From assembly GCF_006345805.1 (NCBI RefSeq), contig NC_042998.1, positions 71,238,001 to 71,302,000 on the forward strand: a stretch of 64,000 bases of DNA, in the 5' to 3' direction. Both the position numbers and the translations under genes were made by a program. Origin of the DNA: Octopus sinensis (taxonomy: Eukaryota). A model generated the notes under the pieces. That model saw only the letters and a list, made by a program, of their open reading frames with translations, was not told where the DNA came from and did not search any database. Positions 1 to 12,879 of this stretch are shown here, piece by piece (positions within the stretch are counted from its first letter, which is position 1; each line of letters starts with the position of its first letter).

Positions 1-109
1 TATGGTTTGTAATTTTCAGTTTGTTTAGAAACTGAGAAATCATACGAGGAAAATTTGTCAATTCTTTATGTATATATATATATGTCTCTCTACTTGTTTA
101 TATCTGTTA

Positions 110-223
<114 letters not shown>

Positions 224-822
224 GGACAAAAAGACAGTTATGTCGGAGATGATGCTCAAAGCAAGAGAGGTATTCTTACCTTGAGGTACCCCATTGAACA
301 CGGTATTTTTACCAACTAGGATGATATGGAAACGATCTGGCATCATAAATTCTACAATGTGTTGAGACTTGCACCCGAAGAGTACCCTGTCTTGTTGACT
401 GAGGATCCTCATAATCCCAAAAGCAACAGAGAAATGATGACCCAAATTATGCTAGAAACCTTCAGCACTCACGCCATGAAAGTGACTATTCAAGCAGTAT
501 TGTCCCTATATGCTCCCGGTCGAACCACAGGTACTGTTCTTGATTCAGGTGATGGTGTCACCATCTATGAACGTGACGCCATGCCTCATGCTATCATGCG
601 TCTTGATCTTGCTGGTCGTGACTTGACAGATTACCTGATAAAATATTAACCGAACGTGGCTACTCTTTCACCACTACTGCTAGAGGGAATTTGTCCGTGA
701 CATCAAAGAGAAGCTGTTATGTTGCTCTAGACTTTGAACTGGAAATGCAATCTGCAGCCTCCTTTTCATCTTTGGAAAAGAGTTATGAATTAGCTGACGG
801 ACAAGTCATCACCATCTGCGAA
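224..822 (+). pseudogene. ACT: Actin pseudogene fragment (about codons 48-250, intronless over this span)
   Basis: Manual translation gives [40 protein letters not shown]...[11 protein letters not shown]...[18 protein letters not shown]...[17 protein letters not shown]...[12 protein letters not shown]...[18 protein letters not shown]...[17 protein letters not shown]. Lesions: TAG at 317-319 in place of W, 12-nt loss of HTVP, and -1, -1 and -2 frameshifts near 640, 677 and 716. Confidence 0.97.
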
Positions 823-1010
823 TATTCCATGTATCGTGTCTTTGTCTATATTTCTCGTATGTTAAGTCTTCGTGTAGTTTCCCGTTTGCTCTGCTTTCGT
901 CTAACAATTTTTCCTTATTGTGATATGTCTGTTCAACCCTTCATACGTCCCTATAGCGCAACGCACAACCTATTTGTTTACTTTATTGGTATCAACAGTT
1001 CCTTAACAAT

Positions 1011-1066
1011 CTTTACACTTAATCTATCGCTTTCTCCACTCTTTACACTTAATCTATCGCTTTCTC
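1011..1066. repeat. Local 26-bp direct duplication (30-bp period)
   Basis: ctttacacttaatctatcgctttctc starts at 1011 and again at 1041. Confidence 0.85.
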
Positions 1067-1815
1067 TCTTTTCGCCCTTACTTGCATCCCTTGTACCTCT
1101 CCCTTCTTTCTCTGTCGACCTTTCTTTCTGTTCTCTTTCTTTCTACCTCTACTCTTACTCTATGTTTTTCTCCACTCTTACTCTATCTTCTCACACTTGC
1201 ATGCCTCCCTTTTACCTTTCTCCTCACTCTCTTTCACACTGTTTCTGGCTAGGCTTGAAAAAGGCGCATAAATATATATATACATACGCGCGATATAAGT
1301 ATTATACCTTTCCGACACATTGATAAAGATAAATCAACCAAGTCGGCCAGCTATGTATGGTACTGAAGAACAAGTGCACACTGCATGCAATTAATTGGAA
1401 TATTTTTGAGAAATCTATGCCTTATATAAATATAAAATTTCTTTTGCTGAACTGGAAGAAAGGATCCTCTCTGTAGTGGGTGGCTCTCTGAGAGTTTGAC
1501 GCCCTCTCTGTCATATTATCCTACTCCAGCTGGATTAATTATGATATCTACGGACAAACGGGACCATAATCTTTGTTTTCTTCCGTTTGTTTTCTTTCTT
1601 CTCGTTCCACACTTTGCTATCGCCTTCTTCGTGCTTTTTCCTCCCATTTCTTTTCATATTTTCTGAAAGAGCATCGTCCGGGTTTTCAAATTTTCAACTA
1701 AGTGTAACAGCAGGCACTGATCCTGAACCATTTCCTAAAAGTACATGGTATGTTATATAAATCCGTCAAAGTATTGTATTTCTACACCATAAATCTCCTT
1801 GTAGCTCTGCTTTAA

Positions 1816-1819
<4 letters not shown>

Positions 1820-1875
<56 letters not shown>

Positions 1876-1915
1876 TATATACATATATATATACATATAT
1901 ATATACATAAATACA

Positions 1916-1973
<58 letters not shown>

Positions 1974-2035
1974 CATATATATACACATATATATATATAT
2001 ATATATATACATATATATATACATATACATACATC
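1820..2035. repeat. (TA)n/(TACA) microsatellite
   Basis: Direct reading. Confidence 0.97.
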
Positions 2036-2416
2036 TATATATTTTTACATTTATATGCGTGTTTCTATATATATGTGTGTATGTGTGTTTATGAACGGGA
2101 AATAAAACAAAAATTCTGCAATAAATTTCCAATAAATTTCCAAAATAAGTAGAAATTAGCTATGTCCAGAAAAGTAGTTTATAGTTATTACAGGGCGTCA
2201 CATATCTGTCAACATTCAATAATTTCCATCCGGCGTATTTCAGCTGTTTTGAAAAGTAATGATGTTTTGTCCAGTTAACTATAAATGTTACTGAATATTA
2301 CCATTGCACAGATTATAAGCATCATCGACGATCATATATAAAGTATATATACATATATATATACATACATCAACGATGACACGCACATTCGTGAAGCGTT
2401 CCATATTTTTTTAATA

Positions 2417-2812
2417 GGCGTAAGAGTGGCTGTGTGGTAAGTAGTTTACGAACCACATGGTTCCTGGTTCAGTCCCACTGTGTGACACCTTGGGCAAGTG
2501 TCTTCTACTATTGCCTCGGGTCGACCAAATCCTTGTGAGTGGATTTCTTTGACGGAAACTGAAAGAAGCCCGTCGTATATATGTATATATATGTGTGTGT
2601 GTGTGTATGTTTGTATTTGTCCCCCCACCACCGTCACTTGACAACCGATGCTGGTGTGTTTACGTCACCGTAACCTAGCGTTTCGGCAAAAGCGACCAAC
2701 AGAATAAGTACTAGGCTTACAAAGAATAAGTCCTGGGGTCGATTTGCTCGACTAAAGGCGGTGCTCCAGTATGGCTACACTCAAATGACTGAAACAAGTA
2801 AAATAAAATAAA
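2417..2812 (+). mobile_element. tRNA-derived SINE, family A, full length
   Basis: Head ggcgtaagagtggctgtgtgg (A box) and ggttcagtccc (B box), internal (TA)/(TG) tract, tail gactgaaacaagtaaaa. Colinear with seven other copies in the window. Confidence 0.93.
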
Positions 2813-5628
2813 ATATAATATGTAACATACATCATATATGTGTGTGTGTATGTTTGTGTGTGTGTGTTAATGCGTGTGTGTGTTTGAGTGTATGTGAGTG
2901 TAGAGTAGTGTATACTGGTGCGTGTATGAAACTAAAAATAGATGGCGGACGCGTGAAGCCCACAAGCAGGATATTTCGATAGTTGTCTCCATGCTAGACA
3001 AGGCTGAAAGCTATCTGATGTCCTCGAAACAATACATCATAACTCGAATTGATGTTGAGGGAATGCGGGCGTTATTAGTGATAGTCTGATATTTAAAAGC
3101 TTACAGCAGTATAAATGCTAAGTAAATTGTTTGTTCAATTTGGAAACACTAATGGTATATGCAGGAGCACTGAATTACCTCTTTTTCCCTCTTCATTATA
3201 TATGTAGACGTCTCAAAAGTGACAGCGAATACAAAGTGGTGCAGGCGTTACTAGAAATAATAGTCAACACAACTCAATAGTCACAAATGCTAAATCTTGA
3301 CTTACAATGTAGTTATGTTCTCTAGCGGACATAGCCAGATCACCAGTGGTCTCGAATTTCGATTCAGAGCATCTTAATTCTTACCTACGGGTAGCACCAC
3401 TATTACATACTCTAGAATTTTCACCGTTAGGTCTTATATCATTACCTTCTGAGAACAAAGTAAAATATTTTAGCACACTAAACACACATGAACATACATT
3501 CGCACTTGTACTCAAACATGAGTTTAAAGATTTAGTCCTCAAAGGAAGAAAAGAATAACCCTATATGCATATCAACCATAAACAGATACCAATCCTTCAA
3601 ACCCTGCTACGTATATGTTAACCCAACAGACTTTTTCTGTTTAAAAGGTAACTCTGGTATTTCGGAATGAAGGGGCAGCACGCTTGATAAATCCCTAGCG
3701 TAAATGTCTCCTGCAACGATGTTTCGTCATTTTTCACAGCACTTACAAAAGGGATAGGACAATTTTTCACCTCTAGTAATAAAGATCATTCGTCATCTCG
3801 GAGGATCATGTATATTAGCACCTCTCTTCTCTAATGTCGGGTTATGTAATATGCAGTGCAAAACCGATGTGTGAAATTGACTGTAAACGCATCTATGACT
3901 ATATGCTATGATTAATATTAAACGCGTGCGCGCACGAACACACTATGTTAATATATTAACACACTATGTTAATATATATTACTCGACTTCTTGAGCATTG
4001 CGGATAAAGAAACAACTGAGCTCAAACGAAGTTTCAGCTCTCTACAATTTTGAAATAAGAAATATTTCTGAATTAAGAATTCATTTATGGAAAGAAGTAG
4101 TAATATACATATATACTTACTCACTCACACTGTTATGCATATACTTACATAGATAAACAAATGCAGAGTGTAAGAAGGAAAAGTAAGAATATATGATGTT
4201 TTGATATTTATATGTTTTGAAAGTATATGTTATTTTATATAAACATAAACTCGTTAGAGCAAACATTGTAGCTGTACCAGTGCACAATATGCCAAACTGT
4301 GTTTGTTGACATAAGGAAATTTTAGAAGCTCTTTGGAAGCCATAGACTTTTATTTGATGAGCAAACAGAAATGTTTATCGATTTTTCATGAAGTAGAGGA
4401 ATGGAAAAAATATGTGATAAGATGCAGAATAACATAAATTGAAAATACATAACTTGATTTTTAATAATCCTATAGATATATTTGTGATAATTTTCACTTA
4501 TTTTCAATTTTCTCATGTACTGAAAAAAAATTTGTAATAAATATTAGACGGAAACTGTTGAATCCACTTAAAAATTATATATAATCGAAATTGGTTGGTT
4601 TCATGTATAACATGTTTTGTGTTTTATAATAATGTTCATAAAGTATTATTATACTTTATGGTATTTATTTATTAATTTAAGCTGGAATATTTATGGTACC
4701 TAAGGGTATTACTGGCTCCGAGACTGCTTTGATTCAGGCCTTCAACGTTCTTCTGATAAGGTAAAACAGTACTACATAACTGTATATTTGGCGTTCACAT
4801 ATTCTATCAAGTGAATGTTGTAGAAGATAGTTCTTAACTCTATGTGATGGGATAGTCATGCATGAAATATCATTGATCACATGTGAACTCCTCTAAGGCA
4901 TTAATACAGCGTTGCAACGACAGTATAGCTAACTTTTACATAATAATAATAACGATGCAACTACATCAATGTATTATATACTAGAACACGTAACGCTAAA
5001 AGTTTTATGTCCGAAAGTAACAGAATACAAGTAAGAAAGGATAAACATATTTAACAAATAATATTGCTCTCTTGAAAAAAGTCACAGAAACATTCAAATA
5101 TAGTGGAACATGAGTAGGAGTGTTGTGGTGTTCATGATGTTTCTGAAAGTATTAGATGGCATAAAAGAGCGGTAGACAACAAGTTGATGTGGAAGCCTTT
5201 ACTCGTCCTTTGGCCAGAAAAATATAGGAGGCACATCTTTCTGAAGTAATTATTGACTGACTGCATTAAAGAAGTGCAGCTTAGATCATCTGGTTGTGGT
5301 TACCATGAATGTAATAACATATATGTTCATCATTGCTAGAATAATATAAATTTCATTACAATTCTCACCTGCCATGTACGAGATGGGTGTAAACAACAAC
5401 GGCAACAGGAAGAATAACGCTAGCATCAACAAAATCAACAACGGCAACAATGGTTATAACGACAAGAATAACAACCAACGATTGGAAAATTTCTCTTTAT
5501 ATTAAGACGTATATAGGGAACAATATGTATGTTTTTGAGAATACGTGTATCTGATAATCAGCGGTAGATGCTGAAACCCAAGATCAACATAACATTAAAT
5601 GAAAAAATATTCGCACTGCTTTGTATCT

Positions 5629-5663
<35 letters not shown>

Positions 5664-5664
<1 letters not shown>

Positions 5665-6052
5665 TAGCAGTATCACCCGGTGTTGCTTGGATTTGTTTCG
5701 AACCTTAAGAATTTAAATTTTTGAAAAGTAAAGATTTTGCCTTGTGCAACTTGTTATTCTCTTCAAGTGAACCTTTTTTCCAGTTGAAATACACCGAAAA
5801 ATGGTGACACAGCAGTCAAAAATCGTAGAAAATAGGGATTTTCATAGAAAAAAAGCACCCTTTTGATGTAAATAATTTTTGGTGCTAACATGGTCGGATT
5901 TGAATTTTATCTTCTACAGAATGAAGAGCAAGCCTTCTTCTATCATACTCTCAATTTTGGTAACTTGCGCTGCAGGGTCTCGAAGGAGATAGTGTTAGTT
6001 GAAGGCTACCAAACCTGCCACACACAGACAACTTCAGCTTTATATATATAGA
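5664..6052 (-). mobile_element. Non-autonomous Helitron (389 bp, both ends present)
   Basis: Minus strand starts TCTATATATATAAAGCTG and ends ...gcaacaccgggtgatactgCTAG, with a short GC palindrome before CTAG. It sits between host A5663 and T6053 with no TSD, which matches canonical Helitron termini and the AT target. Confidence 0.85.
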
Positions 6053-6053
6053 T

Positions 6054-6653
6054 TTGCTACACACTACATTCCATCCTTAATAATGAAACTTGGTAGATCC
6101 AAAAGTTAAACACACAGACACACACAGATACACACACAGACACACAAGTTGAGTTTTATATATATAGATTTCTCAACGGGGATTTCAAGGGAGAGTTTCA
6201 GGGAGTCGCTGGCGATGTATCGTGATGATCAAAAATCCGGGCTGCTAAAATTTGGTTAAAGTGATTCAAACTGCAGACTCAACGCAAAATGGTCACATTT
6301 AATTCAAAGCGTTAAAAATGTTATGAAAACAATTGGTATGTGTTCACAAAGTCCAAACGATTAATACGAAAAAACCCTCCATGCTACATCCCGAAAATTC
6401 ATTTCTTTGCCGAATTTCTACAATGTTTACGGCGATTCGTTTTTATATCTTGATTTTTTATATTTAATGCAATTTACGCATGCTTGCACGCGTGGTGAAT
6501 TTCGGAACAAAAATAGCGCAGTTCAATTTTCATTCGCCTAAACTTTAAGTGACCCATTTTTGGTGGTTCTACGATTTGTTGGCTAGGAGGAAATGTGCCG
6601 GGAAGTTAAACACACAAACACACACAGATACACACACAGACACACAAGTTGAG

Positions 6654-6699
<46 letters not shown>

Positions 6700-6702
6700 A
6701 GA
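6054..6702 (-). mobile_element. Two further Helitron-like 5' ends lacking their own 3' CTAG end (about 6054-6168 and 6170-6702)
   Basis: Both begin TCTAT(..)ATATA on the minus strand and share a ~60-bp block (plus-strand aagttaaacacaca...gacacacaagttgagtt at 6103-6156 and 6603-6654), then diverge. Confidence 0.65.
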
Positions 6703-6774
6703 TAGAGAGATAGATAGAGAGATAGATAGATAGATATATACATACATACATACATACATACATACATACATACA

Positions 6775-6807
<33 letters not shown>

Positions 6808-6834
6808 TAGCTCATAAGTAAACAAACATAAGTT

Positions 6835-9340
6835 TGTTTTTGAAGCTTTGAAAATGTAATGAACCATTGGTATCGGTAAGGGTAGAAAGGAACAATAAAA
6901 ACTGTCCACCACAACAAGGTAATATGTACCCTTAAGTGGACCTGCGTAATGAACATGCATTGTGGACCTTGCATCATCTATTTTTAGCCACGGTTGCCAT
7001 TTAGCGGCAGGCGCTGTTGCAGCTAAGGCATGCTTTCACCGATTCTTCAATGTCCATTTTTGGCCAGTGTACATAACTTCTCGTTAACGATTTTATTCTC
7101 GAAATCCCTGAGAGACCAATATGAAATTCCTTTAATAATTGCTTCTATAGTGCGGCTGGCACTACGACTCTTTGTGCATGCATCAATACATTGTCACAAA
7201 TTGAGAAACGGTTCGCATTTGTTTGCGCATATTTTTATCTCATTTAACCTTCAGCATTTCTTACATCTTTCTATTGAATTTATCGTTTTCTGCTGGAGCG
7301 ACTTTTAAACCAAATGGCAAACTTTCGTATTTATACTGTCCTTTATGTATGTTACTTGTTAGGTATTTAAAGCATTCATCGTCTTCTGTAATTTGTAGGT
7401 ACGCGTCAGAGAGATCCAATTTGAAAGTATCTTGCCACCTTTTAATTTCGCAAAGCATGCTCCATAGTAGGTAGCTAATAGCGACACGTTTACAGAAATT
7501 CGTTTAAACCAGTGGGAAAATCAGCGTACATTCTGATTTTATTATTCTTTTGCTTAACGTACACACTTGGTGATGACCATTGACTATATTCAACTTTTTA
7601 GGTAACTCCAATTTGCCTGGTCTCTCCCAAACTCTTAGTTTATTTGTTCTAACATTGCGAACGGCACAGTTCCTTTTTGTTTAAATGCCGGTGTGGAGTT
7701 TTCTTTTATTTGTGCCTTCGTTTTGGTGCACAGACCTAATTTATCAGACAGAACATAAGAATAAATATTGTTTAATTCTTTTCCAGTTCGTCTGACCACT
7801 TATTTGTACTGGAGAAAAAAAAAACATTCACATTTTTACAGAAAAGATCCAAGGGAAAGTTCTATAGGTTAAATAATTTCATCCAGTTTGAACCGAATTA
7901 CTTTGTAGTATCATTTAACACAAAATCTTTAGCTCTTAAAGTTTTTTTTTCACGAAACGTAATGTTATATATCATCTTAAAATATCAACTTAAAATAGGT
8001 CATTTTTTGGGAACACTATGGGCAATTTTTTAATATTCATTTAATTTAGGTCTCCCGATTTTTTCCACCTTGCGTTAATTATTGAGATATCACTGCCTGC
8101 CTGTATCCAACTGTAACTTTACGCTTGTGTTATTAATTCTTACGTACATAAATTTCCTTCGAAGTACGTTCTTATGTTTTTATCAGTGTTAACATGTTTA
8201 CGTGATTCTTTCTGTTGAGACGTTATTTAGGCTCTTTTATGGCCTATTTCACCACACTTGAAGTAACCCATATTTTTAAATGGTCACTTATTTTTAAAAT
8301 GTAGACCACCGCATCCATAACATAGATTCGGTCTTCATATTTTTCTTGTTTTTATTCATTTTCGATCCTTGAACCTGAAAGCAATCTTTTTCTTCACATT
8401 TATCTGGGATATGTCGCAGATTTATAATCCTCTGACATTTTTCTGCTACTGCCTGCAGAGTTAAATTTTTGTTCCGTTCTAATTTCGTTAATATCCGAGA
8501 TCGTATACCTGTATCGTTGCTTGGAGTAAGCCCTTGAACAAAAATTAAACACTTGAAAATATCCGGTGTCAGCTCATTCGAGTTGAATTTCTCACACTCT
8601 GAGTTAAACACTCTGGCATAGGTGACGAAATATTCATCATTTTGAACAAATTTAAACATTGCCTGCGAGTATTGAACAAAGAACGTCTTTTCACTAAAAA
8701 TGTTCGATAAAATATTGTTTCATCCAAATATATCTCACTTGGGTTCTTCAGTAGAATATAATTAGAATATTCCGCCTAGGTTGACTTTGCCTTTCATCCT
8801 TTCGGGGTCGATAAATTATGTACCAATTGCGTACTCGAATCGATTTAATCGACCGCCCCTCCCTCAAAATTTCGGGCCTTGTGCCTAGAGTAGAAAAGAT
8901 TATAATTAGTATATTTTTCGTGTTTGATTGGGGATATAACTGTCTTAAAAGTAGACATGCGTTTCTCTCATGTAACCAGCTTTTACACTCTTCTTTGAAG
9001 GTTTCTTTGTATCTACGAAAAATACGCAGAGAGGATAATGCCTACTTCTAGATTAAAGTTGAATTCTTCAACTGAATTTGCTACGCTGCCTAGTGAGTAC
9101 GAATCTGAAATATTTTCAGGCTTCTTCAACTTTAATTCAGCAACTATAGGTTTTGTTGTTGCTGCTGCTGTAATTGCTGTTGTAACTGCTGTTGATGCTG
9201 CTGTAATTGCTGTTGTTGTTGCAACTGCACCACGGAGGCCAAAAAGTTCTATGTATTACGTGATTTTTTTCTTCTTTGGTTTCATACCAAGAGGAAAAAA
9301 AGACGTCCACCGCAAGCTTCGAACAACTCGCCGCCACTTT
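6835..9340 (-). mobile_element. Degenerate, internally deleted Ty3/Gypsy LTR retrotransposon (gag, partial RT, integrase N-part)
   Basis: gag: poly-Q, then SVANSVEEFNF...RYKETFKEECKSW, and YARVFNSECEKFNSNELTPDIFKCLIFVQGL (8294-8659). RT: FKLDLSDAYLQI...LPFGLKVAPA (7261-7458). Integrase: QRVVVPAAL...EFHIG..G..RIKSLTRSYVHWP.MD..E.VKAC..C and HVHYAGPLKGTYYLVVVDSF (6900-7200). Many stops and frameshifts. Confidence 0.9.
8766..8900 (+). mobile_element. 5'-truncated SINE family B inserted into Gypsy gag, 9-bp TSD
   Basis: Core gttgactttgcctttcatcctttcggggtcgataaatt and tail gccttgtgcctagagtagaaaagat. tataattag flanks it at 8757-8765 and 8901-8909. Confidence 0.88.
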
Positions 9341-9348
9341 TCTACCAT

Positions 9349-9576
9349 TGTATGTTGAATATATAATATAACGAAACATGTGGGTGGGGGAAGAAAATAT
9401 TTAAAATATTTACACGACGCACTGCTATTACTATTACACGAGACTCAAGTTCTATATCAACGGCTCACAGTGAACTGCTTATGAAGCCGAACAACGAATC
9501 GCTCACAGTTCTTTACTGTATAACAATGAGAGAGTCCACACTCAGTCACTTGAGGGATGGTCGGAATTATTTTACA
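9349..9576 (-). mobile_element. Candidate 5' LTR of the Gypsy element
   Basis: Minus strand begins TGT and ends ACA, followed by PBS-like TGGTAGAAAAG and TGGCGGCGAG (9327-9347) just upstream of gag. No second LTR was found to confirm the boundaries. Confidence 0.4.
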
Positions 9577-9682
9577 GCATATATGTATATGAAATATTTA
9601 TGCCAAGCAGTGAGTTTAGGGATAACCTAAATTTAGGTTAGTTAAAATGTTTGTGATATAACTAATCTTAATTTTGCAACTA

Positions 9683-9772
9683 TGTATGTATGTATGTATG
9701 TATGTATGTATGTATGTATGTATCTGTCTATGTATGTATGTATGTATGTATGTATGTATGTATGTATGTATG

Positions 9773-9859
<87 letters not shown>

Positions 9860-9860
9860 A
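9683..9860. repeat. Compound (TATG)n(TATC)n microsatellite
   Basis: Direct reading. Confidence 0.97.
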
Positions 9861-10212
9861 TGGGTGTGTTTGTGTGTTTGTGTGTGCGTGTGTATGTGAC
9901 GAAAATGTTTCCTCTTTTAAGCCAAACAAAAAGCAAAAAAGATTTGATTCAAACAAAATATGAAGAAACGTTCTGTTTTTATCGTTTTGGTTTTAATTTT
10001 TATCTGGAAGAGTTCGGTTAAACGAACGAAAGCGCTAATAAAGAATTATCCAAAATTCTGACGGCCTCCTTTTTCTCAATATGCTATATGTGTACACCAC
10101 TTCAAACACTCTACATACATACACGCATACAAACACTTATGTATATGCATATATATAGACATATATATGTCTATATATATATGTGTGTGTGTGTGTGAAT
10201 GTATATATATAC

Positions 10213-10243
<31 letters not shown>

Positions 10244-12189
10244 AATATATACATGTGTGTGTGTGTAAATTTGTGTGCGTGTATGTATTTCTCCATGCAC
10301 TACCACATGAACGTCGAGTTGGGGCTACTCATTAACAGAAGTATAGCAAGAGCAACGACCAAGGCAATAACAGTAGGGTTTTTTGCAGGACGTTCTATTG
10401 TGAAGTGTGTTGTTAGATTGCTTTCTTCCCCTTCTTTTCTTTTTTCCATAGCGCTACCTGCTTTGTTATTGTTCCATCTTGTCTTCCTTCTATACATTAA
10501 TGACTTAATTTCTACTATACTCATGAATACGTAATCTTTCACAAATACGTAATCTTTCACTCACCGTAGTAATCTGTAACGATGCGTTTTTCTATAACAA
10601 CCTAATCGCCACTCGGCAATCAAACGTTCACTTCATGAACACTGAACTACGGAGGAATCCATCAATGGAGATCTGTGAGTCTTACCTGTTCCCCAAAAAC
10701 AACATAAAATTGTAATGCATATAGAACGAAAATATAATCGCACTATATTCCAGTTTGGTTAGGAGCAGCGTCCAGATGGAGACATTTATATCCTTGAAAG
10801 TATTGTATGTGATTACCCAAGAAATTTGCTTTCTGGTGAAAACACTTCTTTAACGTAGGTAACTGAATGGCTCTTCTCATCAGTGGTGGAAAGCACTTGT
10901 GGTGAAACAATTAATGAGACCTTGTAAATTTAAGTGTGGCTCATAATAGACCATAGCTTTCATATCTTGTATTCTGTAGCTGTTGCACACAGATTTCATA
11001 AATCACAGTCTGTTTACCTGCTTATGAAGAAGATAAAGGGTTAGAATCTTTCTAAGAAAGCAGAAAAAAAAGCAATAAACACCGCAAAAACAACATATGC
11101 GATTAAGATTTTATCTTAAAGGTATTGTGTCCAATAGAATTCGTTAGTATTCAGCTTTATGTGTTAAGTACAATGAAAATAGGAAAACCTAAAAAATACC
11201 TATTTTTTTGTATATATGAATTAATATGTTGTATATATACTTCTAAATATGGGTGTATGTGCGTGCTAAATTACATTCTAGACATTTAACTTTGAAATAA
11301 ATATTACAAAGGATAATTTAGAAACCAACACACATAGATGCGCGTGTATGTGTGTATGTTTCTGAGGGTGAAGTCTATGATGAAGGTTCGTAATAAATTG
11401 TTCCATTTTAATTCATGAAGCCTTATATTTAAAAACAGGACTGCATAGAACCTACTCGTATAAATCTTGGAGTAGAAATCAATGCAATCCAGATTACAAA
11501 GTAAACTTCGTACAATGAAAGACTAACAGACGAAAACAGTTACATAAATAATTTTCAAAACTGATAGAACACAAACAGAAATGTAATGTAGAAACATAAA
11601 TCCTGTAGTAATATTTACACAAGGAAGAGGAAATACACGAAATACATAAAACTACAAATAGAATAGAAAACGTTTATGCAACCGCTACCAAATTGAAAGT
11701 GAAAATCATTGGTGATTCATGAAAACTTTCAAGCAGAGAAGTAAGAAATTAGGTTACCGCAGCGAGCGTGCAAGCCGTGGGCGTGATCACGAGTGAAACC
11801 GAATGTAGGTGCAGTTCTCGGTGGTAGCAGAAAAATATTCGGAGTAAGAAATGAGAGGATAACGCTCAACAAACATATATCACCTACATCAAGTGTGTGT
11901 GGAAAAGCGGAAATGCAGTGGCTGGATAATCAATGATATAATAGTAACCAGCAAGAATTGAAATACACGTTTTTTTTGGCTAAATCTGAAGATTATTTAT
12001 ATATCTCCTTTTTTTGAGAACAGCGTTGGAGAGCATAAAGATTAAAGTTATAGTTGAGAAAAATTTGGCTGAATTGAAGGACTGGATGTCATCTGAAGAT
12101 TGGAAATGAATTACCGGTATCATGATGATTGATACGGTGTATGAAAATTCTGACATCAGTTGCAAAATACCCAGAACAACAGGGGATCT

Positions 12190-12840
12190 TCTTACAATCC
12201 ATGTGATATCTCACATAAAATGAAAACCAAATTCCCCCAAAATGTGAAGGACTTTGTATGTATCTCCAGTGGGTATAACCCCATGCCGCCCCACATGTTT
12301 GAACAGGGCCTTAGGCTCAGTTCAGATGGCTATATGAAGCTAGGTGACACTGCGGCTAATCCTCTGCCACCCCGGTTGGAGAAGATTGCAGCTAGAAAGC
12401 CATATGTGTGGCGGCAGTATTTGACTTCTTGCCATATCTTTGAAAAGAATCAGTAGTGGTTGTCGAATAATTTATGCGACTTCACCAGCCCTGATTTCTG
12501 GCTTCCTTATTCCCTCGATTGTAACTTTCTGTGTTACTATGTGTGCTGCGCGGTTGAGAGTGACACCAACCGCTCTGCAATACCAAACTCGAGTTGGTGG
12601 TGAAGATCAGGTATGTATTCGAAGATATTACCAAGGAAACAGTGAGGAACTCATACGCTAGGTTCCAGAACCACCTTGAGGCCATAGTTGAAAATAAGGG
12701 CGGCTACTTTGAGTAAACTTCTATTTTCCATCCATAATCTAATTGATATTTTAATTCTTAAAATGCTTATTTTTGAATGGGATATTGTAATTTCTGTCGT
12801 TTATACAGATTGTCAAATTTAGCCCGAAAATTCTCTAAAT
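12190..12840 (+). mobile_element. Tc1/mariner-superfamily (DD37D/maT-like) transposase remnant, C-terminal half
   Basis: KTKFPQNV...MPPHMFEQGLRLSSDGYMKL...WLEKIAARKPYVWRQ...CH...WLSNNLCDFTSPDFWLPYSLDCNFL.YYV...VESDTN...HLEAIVENKGGYFE* (stop near 12716), with stops and frameshifts. Confidence 0.85.
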
Positions 12841-12879
12841 ATATAAATTAGAATTAGATTACACAATGCAAATACGTAT

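Noticed and set aside
4683-4760. Candidate plus-strand exon (ag/CTGG...AAG/gtaaaa) open in one frame (GIFMVPKGITGSETALIQAFNVLLI)
   Set aside because: No recognisable homology and no partner exons; such sites arise by chance in AT-rich DNA.
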